This document shows positions 1-9,934 of a DNA stretch of 20,000 bases, in pieces (position 1 is the first letter of the stretch; each line of letters starts with the position of its first letter). A program made the translations under genes and the position numbers. The DNA is from Chiloscyllium plagiosum (Eukaryota). The stretch is taken from contig NC_057757.1 in the NCBI RefSeq assembly GCF_004010195.1, positions 1,241,027 to 1,261,026 on the forward strand, in the 5' to 3' direction. The notes beneath the pieces were generated by a model. It saw only the letters and a program-made list of their open reading frames with translations. It made no database searches and had not been told where the DNA came from.

Positions 1-110
1 CACATCAGAGCAAGCATGTTGGGCTGGAACCCTTCATCAGGTCCTGGTGAAGGGTCATTGCCTGTCCTGCTTTGATGCTAATCTGACCTGTGTTTCTGCA
101 GCTCCACATC
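1..110. mobile_element. Degenerate palindromic Penelope-type terminal-repeat element with hammerhead-like core (cut by window start)
   Basis: ACCCTTCATCAGG (29-41) and CCTGGTGAAGGGT (43-55) are a 12/13 inverted repeat. The minus strand reads CTGATGA-AGGG..CCC. The downstream GATGCT..CTGACCTG resembles the arms of the younger palindromes. Confidence 0.6.
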
Positions 111-139
111 TATTGCCATCCTCCCTGGTCTGGCCAAAT

Positions 140-250
140 GAGACTATACAGCCACTGCAAATGGTTGACTCTTAAGTGCCTGATTTGGGATGGGCAGTAA
201 ATATTGGCCTTGCCATTGACATCCTCATCCTGTGACTAAATAAGAAAGAG
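140..250 (+). mobile_element. 3' tail of an old L2/CR1-type LINE or partner SINE
   Basis: GGGATGGGCAGTAAATATTGGCCTTGCC...CATCC followed by an A-rich end. A related motif occurs reversed near 6810-6870. Confidence 0.5.
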
Positions 251-439
251 TTCCCATTCCTGGTCACCCTATAACCACGACTCTGTAATCCTAACTATAT
301 CTTTTTATATCCATTTACAAAACTAATTCATTCACTTTATTACAAATGCTCTGTGCATAATGCCTTGACATTTACTCCTGTTCCCATTATTTAGCACTGG
401 CTTGAATTATCTGCCGATTACTTTATTTCCCATTCTCGT

Positions 440-672
440 TATGCAACATGGAAACAGACCCTTCAGTCCAACTTATCCATGCTGACCAAATTTCCCCAAC
501 TAGACTTAGTCCCATATGTCTGTTTGGCTCCTATCCCTTTCCTATTCATGCACCTGTCCAAATGTCTTTCGATGTTGTACATGTACCTGCATCTACCACT
601 TCCTCTGGCAGTTCGTTTCACATACGGACCCCTGTGTGTGGAAAAAGCTGCCCCCTAAGGTCCCTTTTAAAG
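440..672 (-). mobile_element. CR1 LINE 3' fragment
   Basis: Its reverse complement matches the CR1 3' ends at 17800-18040 and 19450-19860 (CATGGAAACAGACCCTT, TCTACCACTTCCTCTGGCAG). Confidence 0.85.
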
Positions 673-684
673 TGAATAGTGGAC

Positions 685-1050
685 AAGCTTTGGGGTGTCA
701 GGAGGCAAGTTTCCTCCTGCAGGATTCCTCGCCACAGACCTGCTCTTGAAGCCACTGTATGTGTGGCCAGTTGACTCTGTTTCTGGTTAATGGTAATCTC
801 AGGGTGGTGTTAGTGGGGAGTTCAGTGATGGTAATACCACTAATTATAAAAAAAATGCAAAAGTTAGATTCTCATTGAAAATGGTATGTGCGGCATGAAT
901 CTTATCTGCCACTTGTAATCCCAGCCCTAGATGTTGTTCAGGTTTTGCAACATTTTTATCATGCGCAGCTTCAGTATCTGAACAGTTGCAAATGGTGCTG
1001 AGCATTGCAATCATCAGCAAACATCCCCCACTTCTGATCATCTCGTGAAG
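685..1050 (-). mobile_element. Degenerate L2/CR1-clade LINE, RT C-terminal part (continues at 2600-3235)
   Basis: Minus strand encodes the RT catalytic motif GMFADDC near 1005-1027. Confidence 0.75.
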
Positions 1051-1054
1051 AGAA

Positions 1055-2592
1055 TTGTACTGAGTCACAGTGGAAAGCTTTGCCTTGCAAGCAATACAGG
1101 CAGATCACATAGTTAAGTAGCATAGATAGGAAATAATAGGTAAACAGTGACAAAAACAAAAACACAAGTAAAAGCGAATGTTAAGAGTTTGAATCCATTC
1201 AGTATTCTAACAACAATAGAGTGGAAACTGTTGCAAAACTGGTTGGTATGTGTGTTCAGAGCTGAAAATGTGTTGCTGGAAAAGCGCAGCAGGTCAGGCA
1301 GCATCCAGGGAACAGGAGAATCGACGTTTCGGGCATAAGCCCTTCTTCAGGCTTATGCCCGAAACGTCGATTCTCCTGTTCCCTGGATGCTGCCTGACCT
1401 GCTGCGCTTTTCCAGCAACACATTTTCAGCTCTGATCTCCAGCATCTGCAGACCTCACTTTCTCCTGGTGTGTGTGTTCAGGCTTCTGTACCTTCTCCCC
1501 GATGGTAGAGGTTGTAGAAAAACATTGCCAGGGTGGGATGGATCTTTGAGAATGCTGGCGGCCTTTCCTTGACAGTGGGCCTGGTAGATGGATTCTATAG
1601 ATGGGAGGTTGGCCTTTGTGATTGTCCGGGCCGAGTTCACCGTTCTCTGTAACCGTCTCCGATCTCGAATGGTGCAGTTGCCATCCCAGGTAGTGATAGA
1701 TCTAGACCGAATGCTCTCTGCTGCACCCATAAAAATTGGCAAGGGTGTTTGCCGTCATGCCAAATTTCCTCAGCTGCCTGAGGAAGAAGAGACATTGTTG
1801 GGCCTTTGTAATCAGTGCGTTCACATGAGTCCAAGAAAGCTTGTTGTGGATGACCATTCCCAGGAGCTTGACACTCTCCACTCATTCCATCTTTGTGCTG
1901 TTAATGTGTAGGGGGGCATGAGTAACATCCAGCTAAAAGTCAATAATGAGTTCCTTGATTTTGCCAGCATTGAGAGTTAGGTTGTTCTCAGTGCACCATT
2001 TTTCCAGGTCTTCCACTTCCGGCTATAGTCCGTTTCGTCACCATTTGAGATTTGACCTATTATGGTAGTGTCATCAGCGAACTAGTAAATGGCATTAGTC
2101 TGGTATTTGGCGATGCGGTTGGGGTATACAGTGAGTACAGTAGGGGGCTGAATACGCACTCTTGGGGGGGGCTCCAGTGTTGAGTGTTGGTGAGGATGAA
2201 ATATTGTCCCCAATCTTCACTGACTGTGGCCTATGGGTCAGGTAACTGAGGATCCAGTTGCAGAGAGTGGGGCTTAGTCCGAGATCACTAAGTTTAGTAA
2301 TCTGTCTCGAGGGGACAATAGTGTTGAAGGCTGAACTGTAGTCAATGAGTAGGATTCTTATGTAGCTGGGTGTCAAGATGTTCTAGGGAGGAGAGAAGGG
2401 CCAGTGATTATGGCATCTGATTTGGATCTTTTGGTCCAATAGGCAAATTGGAGTGGGTCAATTGCAGTTGATTAATGCCATGACTGGCCTTTCAAAGTAC
2501 TTCATGACCATGGAAGTTAGGGCCACTGGGCGGTAGTCATTGAGACATGCTGCATGAGCCTTCTTAGGCCCAGGGATGATGTTGGCCCCCTT
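1055..2592 (-). mobile_element. 5'-truncated Rex1/Babar-type LINE, frameshifted RT
   Basis: Peptides [55 protein letters not shown], and C-terminal KAASILKDPSHPG..LPSGRRYRSL..FCNSF. Confidence 0.9.
1260..1465 (+). mobile_element. Palindromic hammerhead-containing non-autonomous element, copy 1
   Basis: Near-perfect inverted arms plus a unique tail ending CCTCACTTTCTCC. Flanked by the duplication TGGT(A/G)TGTGTGTTCAG at 1244-1259 and 1466-1481. Interrupts the Rex1 reading frame. Confidence 0.9.
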
Positions 2593-2599
2593 AAAACAG

Positions 2600-3235
2600 G
2601 TAGGTCGTTGATGAAGCAGCTGAAGAAGGTTGGGCCCAGAATGCTTATCTGAGGATCTCTTACAGATTCCTCTGGAAACTGAGATGACTGATCTCCAACA
2701 ATCACTATCCTCTTCCTTTGTTTTAGGTATGACTCCATCCAGAGTTTCACCCTGATTCACATTGACTCTCTAGTTTTGTTAGGCCTCCAGATTGCCATAC
2801 CCTGGTCAAAAGTTGTCTTGATGTCAAAGCAGTTACTGTCATATCACTTCTGGAGTTCAGCTGTTTAGTCTGTTTGAATCAAAGCTGTAATAAGAGTATG
2901 TGCTGAATGGCCCTGGTGGAACCATAATGAGCACCTAAGAGGAAGTTGTTACTGAGCAAGTGCTGCTTGATAGCAATGTTAATTATCCTTTCCATCCCTT
3001 CACAGTAGACTGGAGTGATAACTGGCTGGGTTGGATTTGTCCTTTTGTATGCAGGTCATACCTAGGCAACTTTCCAAATTGTCAGGTAGACACCAGTATT
3101 AAAGCTGTACTAAAACAGTTCTGGAGCACAAATCTTCAGTACTATTACTGGAATGGTGTCAGGGCCAGTAGCCTTCACAATATCTAGTGTCTTCAGCTGT
3201 TTTCTTGGTCACCTGGAGTGAATCAGCTTGGCTAA
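2600..3235 (-). mobile_element. Degenerate L2/CR1-clade LINE, RT N-terminal part
   Basis: Encodes W.ESYL.QRK...VGDQSS and [15 protein letters not shown], which in such RTs directly precedes the FADD motif seen near 1020. Confidence 0.75.
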
Positions 3236-3280
3236 AGGCTGAAGTGAGCAAAATTTGAAGAACAATAATGAGGGAAATGG

Positions 3281-3583
3281 GGGCCCGGTGTCTCAGTGAT
3301 TAGCACTGCTGCCTCACGGCGCCAGGGTCCCAGGTTCGATTCTAGCCTTGGGCAACTGTCAGTGTGGAGTTTGCGCATTCTCCCAGTGTCTGTGTGGTTT
3401 TCCTGCAGTTTGATCCCACAATCCAAAGATATGCAGGTGAGGTGAATTGGCCATGCTAAATTGTCCATAGTTAGGTGTGTTAGTCAGAGGAAAATGGGTC
3501 TGGGTGGGTTACTCTTCAGAGGGTCAGTGTGGACTTGTTGGGCTGAAGGACCTGTTTCCACACTGTCGAGAATCTAATCTAAA
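3281..3583 (+). mobile_element. tRNA-derived SINE (HE1/V-SINE-like)
   Basis: A-box-like TGTCTCAGTGA, B-box GGTTCGATTC, central TGTGGAGTTTGC.CATTCTCCC domain, CR1-like tail CCTGTTTCCACACTG and AATCT repeats. Confidence 0.85.
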
Positions 3584-4090
3584 CAATTAAGGGCTGAGTG
3601 CAAACACATAAGGATCCTCAGGACAGATACAGATGAAGGGAAGGCAGGAGAACAGAGTCAATGTACAATATATCAATGGTATTTGGTGATGATCTGCAGG
3701 TGGGGAACTTGAGTAAAACCAAATTAAGGAGCATAAATGTGGTTGATATTATTCCGATTATGGATGCAGTGAATGTTAATGAAGGGTAAACTGAAACCTC
3801 AAACTATACAAATATGTAGGTGATTTAAAGGTTAACGAGTGATCAAGAACACTAAGACAAGGGGTGAGAAAGTTAAATATTCACCTGTAAGAGCGAAAGA
3901 TTCCAAGGAAGTATTTTTGACTTGCGCAAATTACAAATTATATTGTGAATTAAAAAATGAAACTCTCGTTTTCTATTAAGAGTATGGCCAATGACTTGTT
4001 TGGTTAGAATTACACGAGTGGAAAGATAGAAAGCAAGCTATCATACTTAGCAAAGAGAAATAGGATGGAAAGTATTTGAAACCAAGTTTT

Positions 4091-4358
4091 TTAGATTAGT
4101 TTCCCCAGAGTGTGGGAACAGGCCCTTCAGCCCAACAAGCCCACACCGACCCTCCGGAGAGTAACCCACCCAAACCCATTTCCATCTGACTAATGTGCCT
4201 AACATTATGAGCAATTTAGCACAGCCAATTCACCTGGCATGCACATCTCTTTACTGTGGGAGGAAACCCACACAGACAGTCGCTCAAGGCTGGAATCAAA
4301 CCTGGGACCCTGGTGCTATGAGGCAGTAGTGCTAACTACTGAGCCACCGTGCCACCCC
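4091..4358 (-). mobile_element. tRNA-derived SINE (HE1-like), internally deleted
   Basis: Reverse-complement match to 3281-3583, and same-orientation match to 16678-16993. Confidence 0.85.
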
Positions 4359-4757
4359 ACTAATTTTCCAATCTTTATTGAATAGCATGTGAGAGCTTGG
4401 ATTCAGTCACTGTTTTATGTGGGTAACAGTAATTAAATCAGTGAGCTGTCTTTACCTTCTTTCTCATTTACTTATGACATGCCAAATAATTTAAACATGA
4501 CAGATATTCCATGAGGAGCTGAACTTCTGCATTAAGCTAACTTAGAGGTGATGATGCAGAAATTAGAATTCTATCTACAACTGCATGATAGATAAAATTT
4601 TGTGAGGCATCAAATGCAAAGCACTTTCAGCCTCAAGGGGAAGAATTGTAAGATTAGTAGGGAACTTAATTTTGAAACTAGCACCTTATAAATGACTTAT
4701 TTCAGCTATAATCACAGAATGAAAGTACATTAATTGATTGACCTAATATTATAGTAG

Positions 4758-4866
4758 AATGTGTTGCTGGAAAAGCGCAGCATCAAATGCTGCCTGACCT
4801 CCTGCGCTTTTCCAGCAACACATTTTTCAGCTCTGATCTCCAGCATCTGCAGTCCTCACTTTCTCC
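4758..4866 (+). mobile_element. Palindromic element copy 2, centre (hammerhead) deleted
   Basis: Arms AATGTGTTGCTGGAAAAGCGCAG / CTGCGCTTTTCCAGCAACACATT with the same tail. TSD TAATATTATAGTA at 4744-4756 and 4867-4879. Confidence 0.9.
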
Positions 4867-5224
4867 TAATATTATAGTATTCTGCCTAAGTATAGCCAAT
4901 GTACATTGTGACATTCTAACATCTTCTGACTTAGCTTCATTTTAACATAGGAAAGTACCATGGGATTGCAAACAGGTTGAAGACCATTATCTACTGTTTG
5001 ATTTCCAGCTAAAAGGCTGAGGAGCATCTGTTTAGTATCTGATCCAGACTTCCAAAGTTGAATAAGACAGTCCCAAGTTTGTTAGCCCTTGGCAAAGAAT
5101 CATGATGACAACAAAGCCCTGTCTTAAAGTGTTGCAGGTGACTAAATGTAACCATTGGGATGGAGTTACCTATGTACAATATAATCAACATTATAGTTAG
5201 CATTCTTTCTGATCTTGCGTATTA

Positions 5225-5425
5225 AGGGGGTTGGTTGTCTGGATGGCTGGCTTACAATCAGTGATGTATTAGCATGGGTTTAATTCTGGCACCAGCTGAC
5301 ATTACCATGAGGCACTCTGCTTCTCAACCCTGCCCCTCATCTGAGGTGTGGTGACCCTTGGGTTAAATCATCACCAGTCTTCTCTCTAGAAGCCCAATGA
5401 GCAGGTAGGACTATAGTGACTCTAT
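5225..5425 (+). mobile_element. Probable old SINE of a different family
   Basis: B-box-like GGGTTTAATTC and a TGGTGACCCT.GGGTTAAA..CACCAGTC motif recalled from shark SINEs. No second copy in the window. Confidence 0.35.
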
Positions 5426-5684
5426 CTTTGTGTTTCTTGCATTGCCTTTATGATGTTTCCAAATATTCCCGAAGCAAACTTTCAGTAATGTCTTTTCTAA
5501 TTTTGCCCTTGTTACTCCCAGTTCTTTCAGCTCCCATTCCCCTGCCATTTTAGTTTAAACTCTCCCTGTTTGCTTCAGCAAGTACACCATCTTTGTACAT
5601 CTCTCCAGCCATGTATTCAGCTGATGGTATCTGGCTATTTCTACCCTGACTAGCCATTCTGTCCAGTAACAAAATATTTGAGAT

Positions 5685-5740
5685 TTCATAGTCAGAGGTG
5701 TACAGCATGGAAACAGACCCTTCGGTCCAACCTGTCCATT
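5685..5740 (-). mobile_element. CR1 3' tail fragment
   Basis: TGTACAGCATGGAAACAGACCCTTCGGTCCAACC is the reverse complement of the tail at 17997-18031. Confidence 0.8.
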
Positions 5741-5967
5741 TCGTATTCTGGTTGTCTTGCTGAATCATTAACCAACCCTAGTTTTAGGAGAGATCATGTA
5801 TTCAGTGAGAATACAAGAACATGCTGACTTGTTCTGACCCTTGTAAGAAGTCTGAACTCCTGAATGAGAATCTTCAGTGCCAATTGTGCCATTATATAGC
5901 CTATTGAGTGCTCCATACATGAACAGCTTAGAAGTGCTGTCTCCATGTGGTAGTTTTGAAGCATATT

Positions 5968-6157
5968 AATGTGTTGCTGGAAAAGCGCAGCAGGTCAGGC
6001 AGCATCCAAGGAACAGGAGAATCGACGTTTCGGGCATAAGCCCTTCTTGCCCGAAACGTCGATTCTCCTGTTCCTTGGATGCTGCCTGACCTGCTGCGCT
6101 TTTCCAGCAACACATTTTCAGCTCTGATCTCCAGCATCTGCAGTCCTCACTTTCTCC
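5968..6157 (+). mobile_element. Palindromic element copy 3
   Basis: Inverted arms with a partly deleted centre and the same tail. TSD TTGAAGCATATTAA at 5956-5969 and 6158-6171. Confidence 0.9.
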
Positions 6158-6809
6158 TTGAAGCATATTAAATCAGGCTAAACTTGTTTTTGTCTTGTTC
6201 TTCATTTTGTTTGGGAGCATTGGTCCATTTTCACTTGGCTTGTAGCTTTCAGTTGCTCTGGCCATTGGGCCCATCTGCCATCAAGTCTGCTAATTCTGCC
6301 TACCGCTTGAATTTGTCTACCTGAAATTGGCTCCTGCTTTGCATTGGGTCTGCTGCATGTTCTCAACTTAACAATTGCAACTTGCTGCTACACAACCTTC
6401 CAGAATATGCTGCCTTGAGGTGTTAGTTAACGGAGTCTGCCTGCTCTGCAATTGCTAGTCTTTTTCCTGTGGTTGATTGGCTGTCGCCTGAGACTATCTC
6501 CTGTGGCCTCCTTAATTTACAACTCCCTCCATCTTGCTGGAATGTTGTTTGTAAACATCAGACATGGCTACCACTGCTGTTCATTGTAGTTTTAAACTTT
6601 CATGTCAATGCTGGATATTGGTATCGCTGTTCCAAAGAAAGTTCTACGACTGTCACCACCCAAGTGTGATTAAACATGTGCAGACGAGAAGTCTTGGGGA
6701 CTAGACTAACTTGAATTCTTTGGAGCAGGAGAGAAGGCATTAGTCTGATGTAACCTAATGACTCTTCCTGTTATTTATCCTGTTGATGCTGTCTTGTGCA
6801 AGGTGCACA

Positions 6810-7220
6810 TTCTTTGGTAGCAAGGCCAAAGTTCATGTTGCCCATTCTAGTTAACCATGGAGGTGGTGCTAAACTGCACTGAGTTACTGACATATGGTGT
6901 AGTTACACTTTCAGAGCTGCTGGGGAGACTTTCAGGACATTCACTGTCCAGAGGCAAAAGTAAGGAAGCTGCTTTGTCTTAGTGTTGAGCTATCTCAATT
7001 TGGGAACTGCACTCCACCCAAGTAGATGGGTGAACATTCCATTACATTTGACTTGTGCTTTTAGATAATGGTGTGAGATGAGTTACCCTCCTCAGAACTT
7101 CCAGCCTCTGCACTTGGAGCCATGGTATTGAGTGGCCTGGTTCAGTTTCTGGTTGGCTAACGCCTCGGATATTGATAATGGAAGAATTCATTATCATGCT
7201 ATCAGAGGGAGATGGCAGTC
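6810..7220 (-). mobile_element. Highly degenerate L2/CR1-clade LINE 3' region
   Basis: Patchy similarity to 700-830 (TTTCTGGTT) and to the reversed tail at 185-235. Confidence 0.45.
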
Positions 7221-7614
7221 AACGTCTAGTGGTCTTGAGTACTTTGTAAATTTTCTCTCTAACTCATTTGAGATGTCATATTGTACATACTGAAGGTATT
7301 ATGTGGTGCTTTGAAGTAAAATTAGTTTCAATAAACTCAGATAGCCTCATTACATTTCCCTTTTGAAACTAGAGTAACTGGATGATAAAAATATAGGAAA
7401 GTTCCTTTCGAAAGAACTGTACTGTGTATATCAAAAGTAGAAGTGCAATTTTGTAACTCCAAATTGATCTATCCAAAATGTTAGTGATTCTAAACCAGAC
7501 TGTCCACAATAGATCCCTGAAATAGGAAAGCAACCCTTGGTGCCTACATCATCAGGTTTCCGAATAGCCTTTCGCAGGATGACTCCTTAGTCAGTCACTG
7601 TCTCTGACTTCATA

Positions 7615-7872
7615 GGGAAGACCCTTCTAGAATGGAGATGAGGGGAAACTTCTTCAGCCAGAGTGGTGAATCGATGGAATTCATTGCCACAGAAGCCTGG
7701 AGGCCAAGTCATTGAGTGTATTTAGGACAGAGATAAGTTCTTGATTATCATAGGGCATCAAAGATTATGGGGAGAAAGGTTTCTCAACCCCGTTCTCTCA
7801 CTATCAGCCATGATTGAATGGCGGAGCAGACTTGATGGGCTGAATGGCCTAATTTCAGCTACTATGTCTTAA
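7615..7872 (+). mobile_element. CR1 LINE 3' fragment
   Basis: AACTTCTTCAGCCAGAG..GTGAATC..TGGAATTCATTGCCAC (FFSQRVV..WNSLP-type motif) and the GATGGGCTGAATGGCCT tail. Confidence 0.8.
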
Positions 7873-8974
7873 GATCTTTGCATTTGACTAGACCACCACT
7901 CAGCTGTAGCAGCAAATCTTTGAAGCACTGACCCTTTCAGCTCCATTGCAACATTTTGAGGGTTTGGCACTTAAAGAAATGAGATGTTAAAAAAACTGGA
8001 AGTCTCCATTTCAAAGGCAGCAGAGGCGGGATTAAGAAGATTTAACCACCTGACAGGTCTGTACCTGTCTTCTTTTTACACTGAAGGTCAATAAATGTTC
8101 ACTGAGCACTGCTAAGTCTTCTGGCTGTAAACAGATTACCTCTCGTCTTTATACTTTCCTAGTTACACATTTTTTGTTTTAAAAACCCTTCTGTTTTCCT
8201 TTATTCGATTCACCAATACTTTCTGATGCAATTTCTTAGGTTTCCTTATTTCCTTTTGGAATTCCTCCCCTGCACATTTTATAATACATGTGGGTTTCTG
8301 CTGTAATCAGCCTTCGGTCTCTGTCACAAGTTTCACTCTTTGTGCTAACTTATGAATCCCTTGGTATTTATAGTTGTTTGCTCTTAGTCACACCCTTATC
8401 ATTAGAATTTTATTCTCTTGCTATATCTTCCTAGCATGATTACGTTGTTCAATTTTAATTGGAAACAGCTGCTCTTTGTTCACCTGGACCAAATTTGCAT
8501 CTTTTTTAAAATTTAGTTTAAAACTTGATTCTTTCCCAGTCCATATGTTCATATCTGGATATCTTCCTCCATATCATTGCAATTCTCAGTCTTGAGTTAT
8601 GTTTAGTATATCCAAAAGGTTCTTACTGATAGCCTGACTTTTGAATATTAGGTTCATTTCGCTAGTAGCAGCAACAGTGGGTCGTGTAACAGCAGGCACC
8701 AGGGGCCTGCCGAGAAGGTAAATTTAAAATTATATAAACTTACCTTGTGAACAGGAGGAGTGCATGCTGAGCAGGAGCAGACACTGGACTGCTGAGTAAC
8801 TGAGGTAACATATTTGGGTGGTTGTGTTACCTGAAACACTACTTAGGTAGTGTCTCCCACCCATCCTCCTCTTCTAATCAAACAAAAGGTCTGTGCCCCG
8901 GATTGGAAAGGTAACTAATTTGTTTTTTTAAATATTTGTTTCTATCGTCTCTTTGAGAATTTAGAACAGTGGGA

Positions 8975-9845
8975 ATGGTAGTTAGGGCAGTTGAATGTTC
9001 CTCCTGCAGAATGTGGGAGGTAAGGGTCACCTCGAGTGTCCCTGCTGACTGCATCTGCAGGAAGTACACCCAACTCCAGCTCCATGGAAACTGTTAGGGA
9101 GCTGGAGCTGGATGAACTTTGGATCATTCGGGAGGGGGTTACAGGGAGGTAGCCACACTCAGATACAAGAAGAAGGTAGATGGGTTACCATCAGAGAATG
9201 GAAAGGGAACCGGCAGGTAGTGCAGGGAACTCCTGTGGCCGTTCCCCTCAATAACAAGTATACTGTTTTGGATACTGTTGGGGGGACAGGTCTCTGGCAT
9301 AGTCTGTCCCCCTTCCTGAGAAGGGAAGGGGAGAGAGGAGCAGAGCATTAGGGGACTACATAATTCAGGGGACAGATAGGAGATTCTGTGGGAAAGAGAG
9401 ACTCTCAATTGGTGTGTTGCCTCCCAGGTGCCAGGGTTTGTGATGTCTTGGATTGTGTTTTCGGGATCCTTGAAGCAGTGGGGGAAGCAGCCCCAAGTCG
9501 TGGTCCACATAGGCACTAACAACATAAGGAGGCAAAGGGATGTGGATCTAAGGCAGAAGTTCAGGGAGCTAGGGTGGAAGCTTAGAGCGAGAACAAACAG
9601 TTGTTATCTCTGGTTTGTTGCTTGTGACATGTGCTAGCGAGCTGATGAGTCAGGAGAGAGGAATTGAACACATGGCTACAGGGATGGTGCAGGAGGGAGG
9701 GATTCAGACACACAGATAATTGTGGCTCATTCTGGGGTAGGTGGGAACTCTACAAACAGGATGGTCTACATCTGAACCATAGGGTACCAATATCTTGGGT
9801 TGGGGGGAGAAATATGCTAATGCTATTTGGGATGGGAACCTAAAT
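8975..9845 (+). pseudogene. CR1 ORF1 remnant: Cys-rich zinc finger plus SGNH esterase-like domain
   Basis: MVVRAVECSSCRMWE...CICRK, VPLNNKYTVL, GDYII (GDS-like block), CCLPGARV, VVVHIGTNNI. Confidence 0.8.
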
Positions 9846-9934
9846 TATAGTTCCAGCGTCCAGGAGGTTGAGAGTGGTGAGGTCAGAAATATGGTTTCAA
9901 GGTCACAAGAGTTCACCAGCAATCAGGAAGGTGG

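Noticed and set aside
1250..1435. Recurrent ORFs encoding ELKMCCWKSAAGQAAS and MLPDLLRFSSNT (also near 5930-6166 and 19456-19862)
   Set aside because: These are translations of the palindromic repeat in both orientations, not a peptide family.
1260..1465. Palindromes as classic MITEs, CRISPR repeats or terminators
   Set aside because: The ends are asymmetric, the TSDs are long and variable, the copies are dispersed without spacers, and the context is eukaryotic.
3281..3350. tRNA gene
   Set aside because: A/B boxes are present, but the sequence continues into a SINE body and has no clean cloverleaf.
5009..5137. Exon-like segment between TTTCCAG and GTGACT
   Set aside because: Stop codons in all three plus-strand frames.
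7540..7580. Minus-strand GAAA..TTC..CTGATGA resembling a type II hammerhead
   Set aside because: Stems I and III would have only about one base pair each, and it is single copy. Likely chance.
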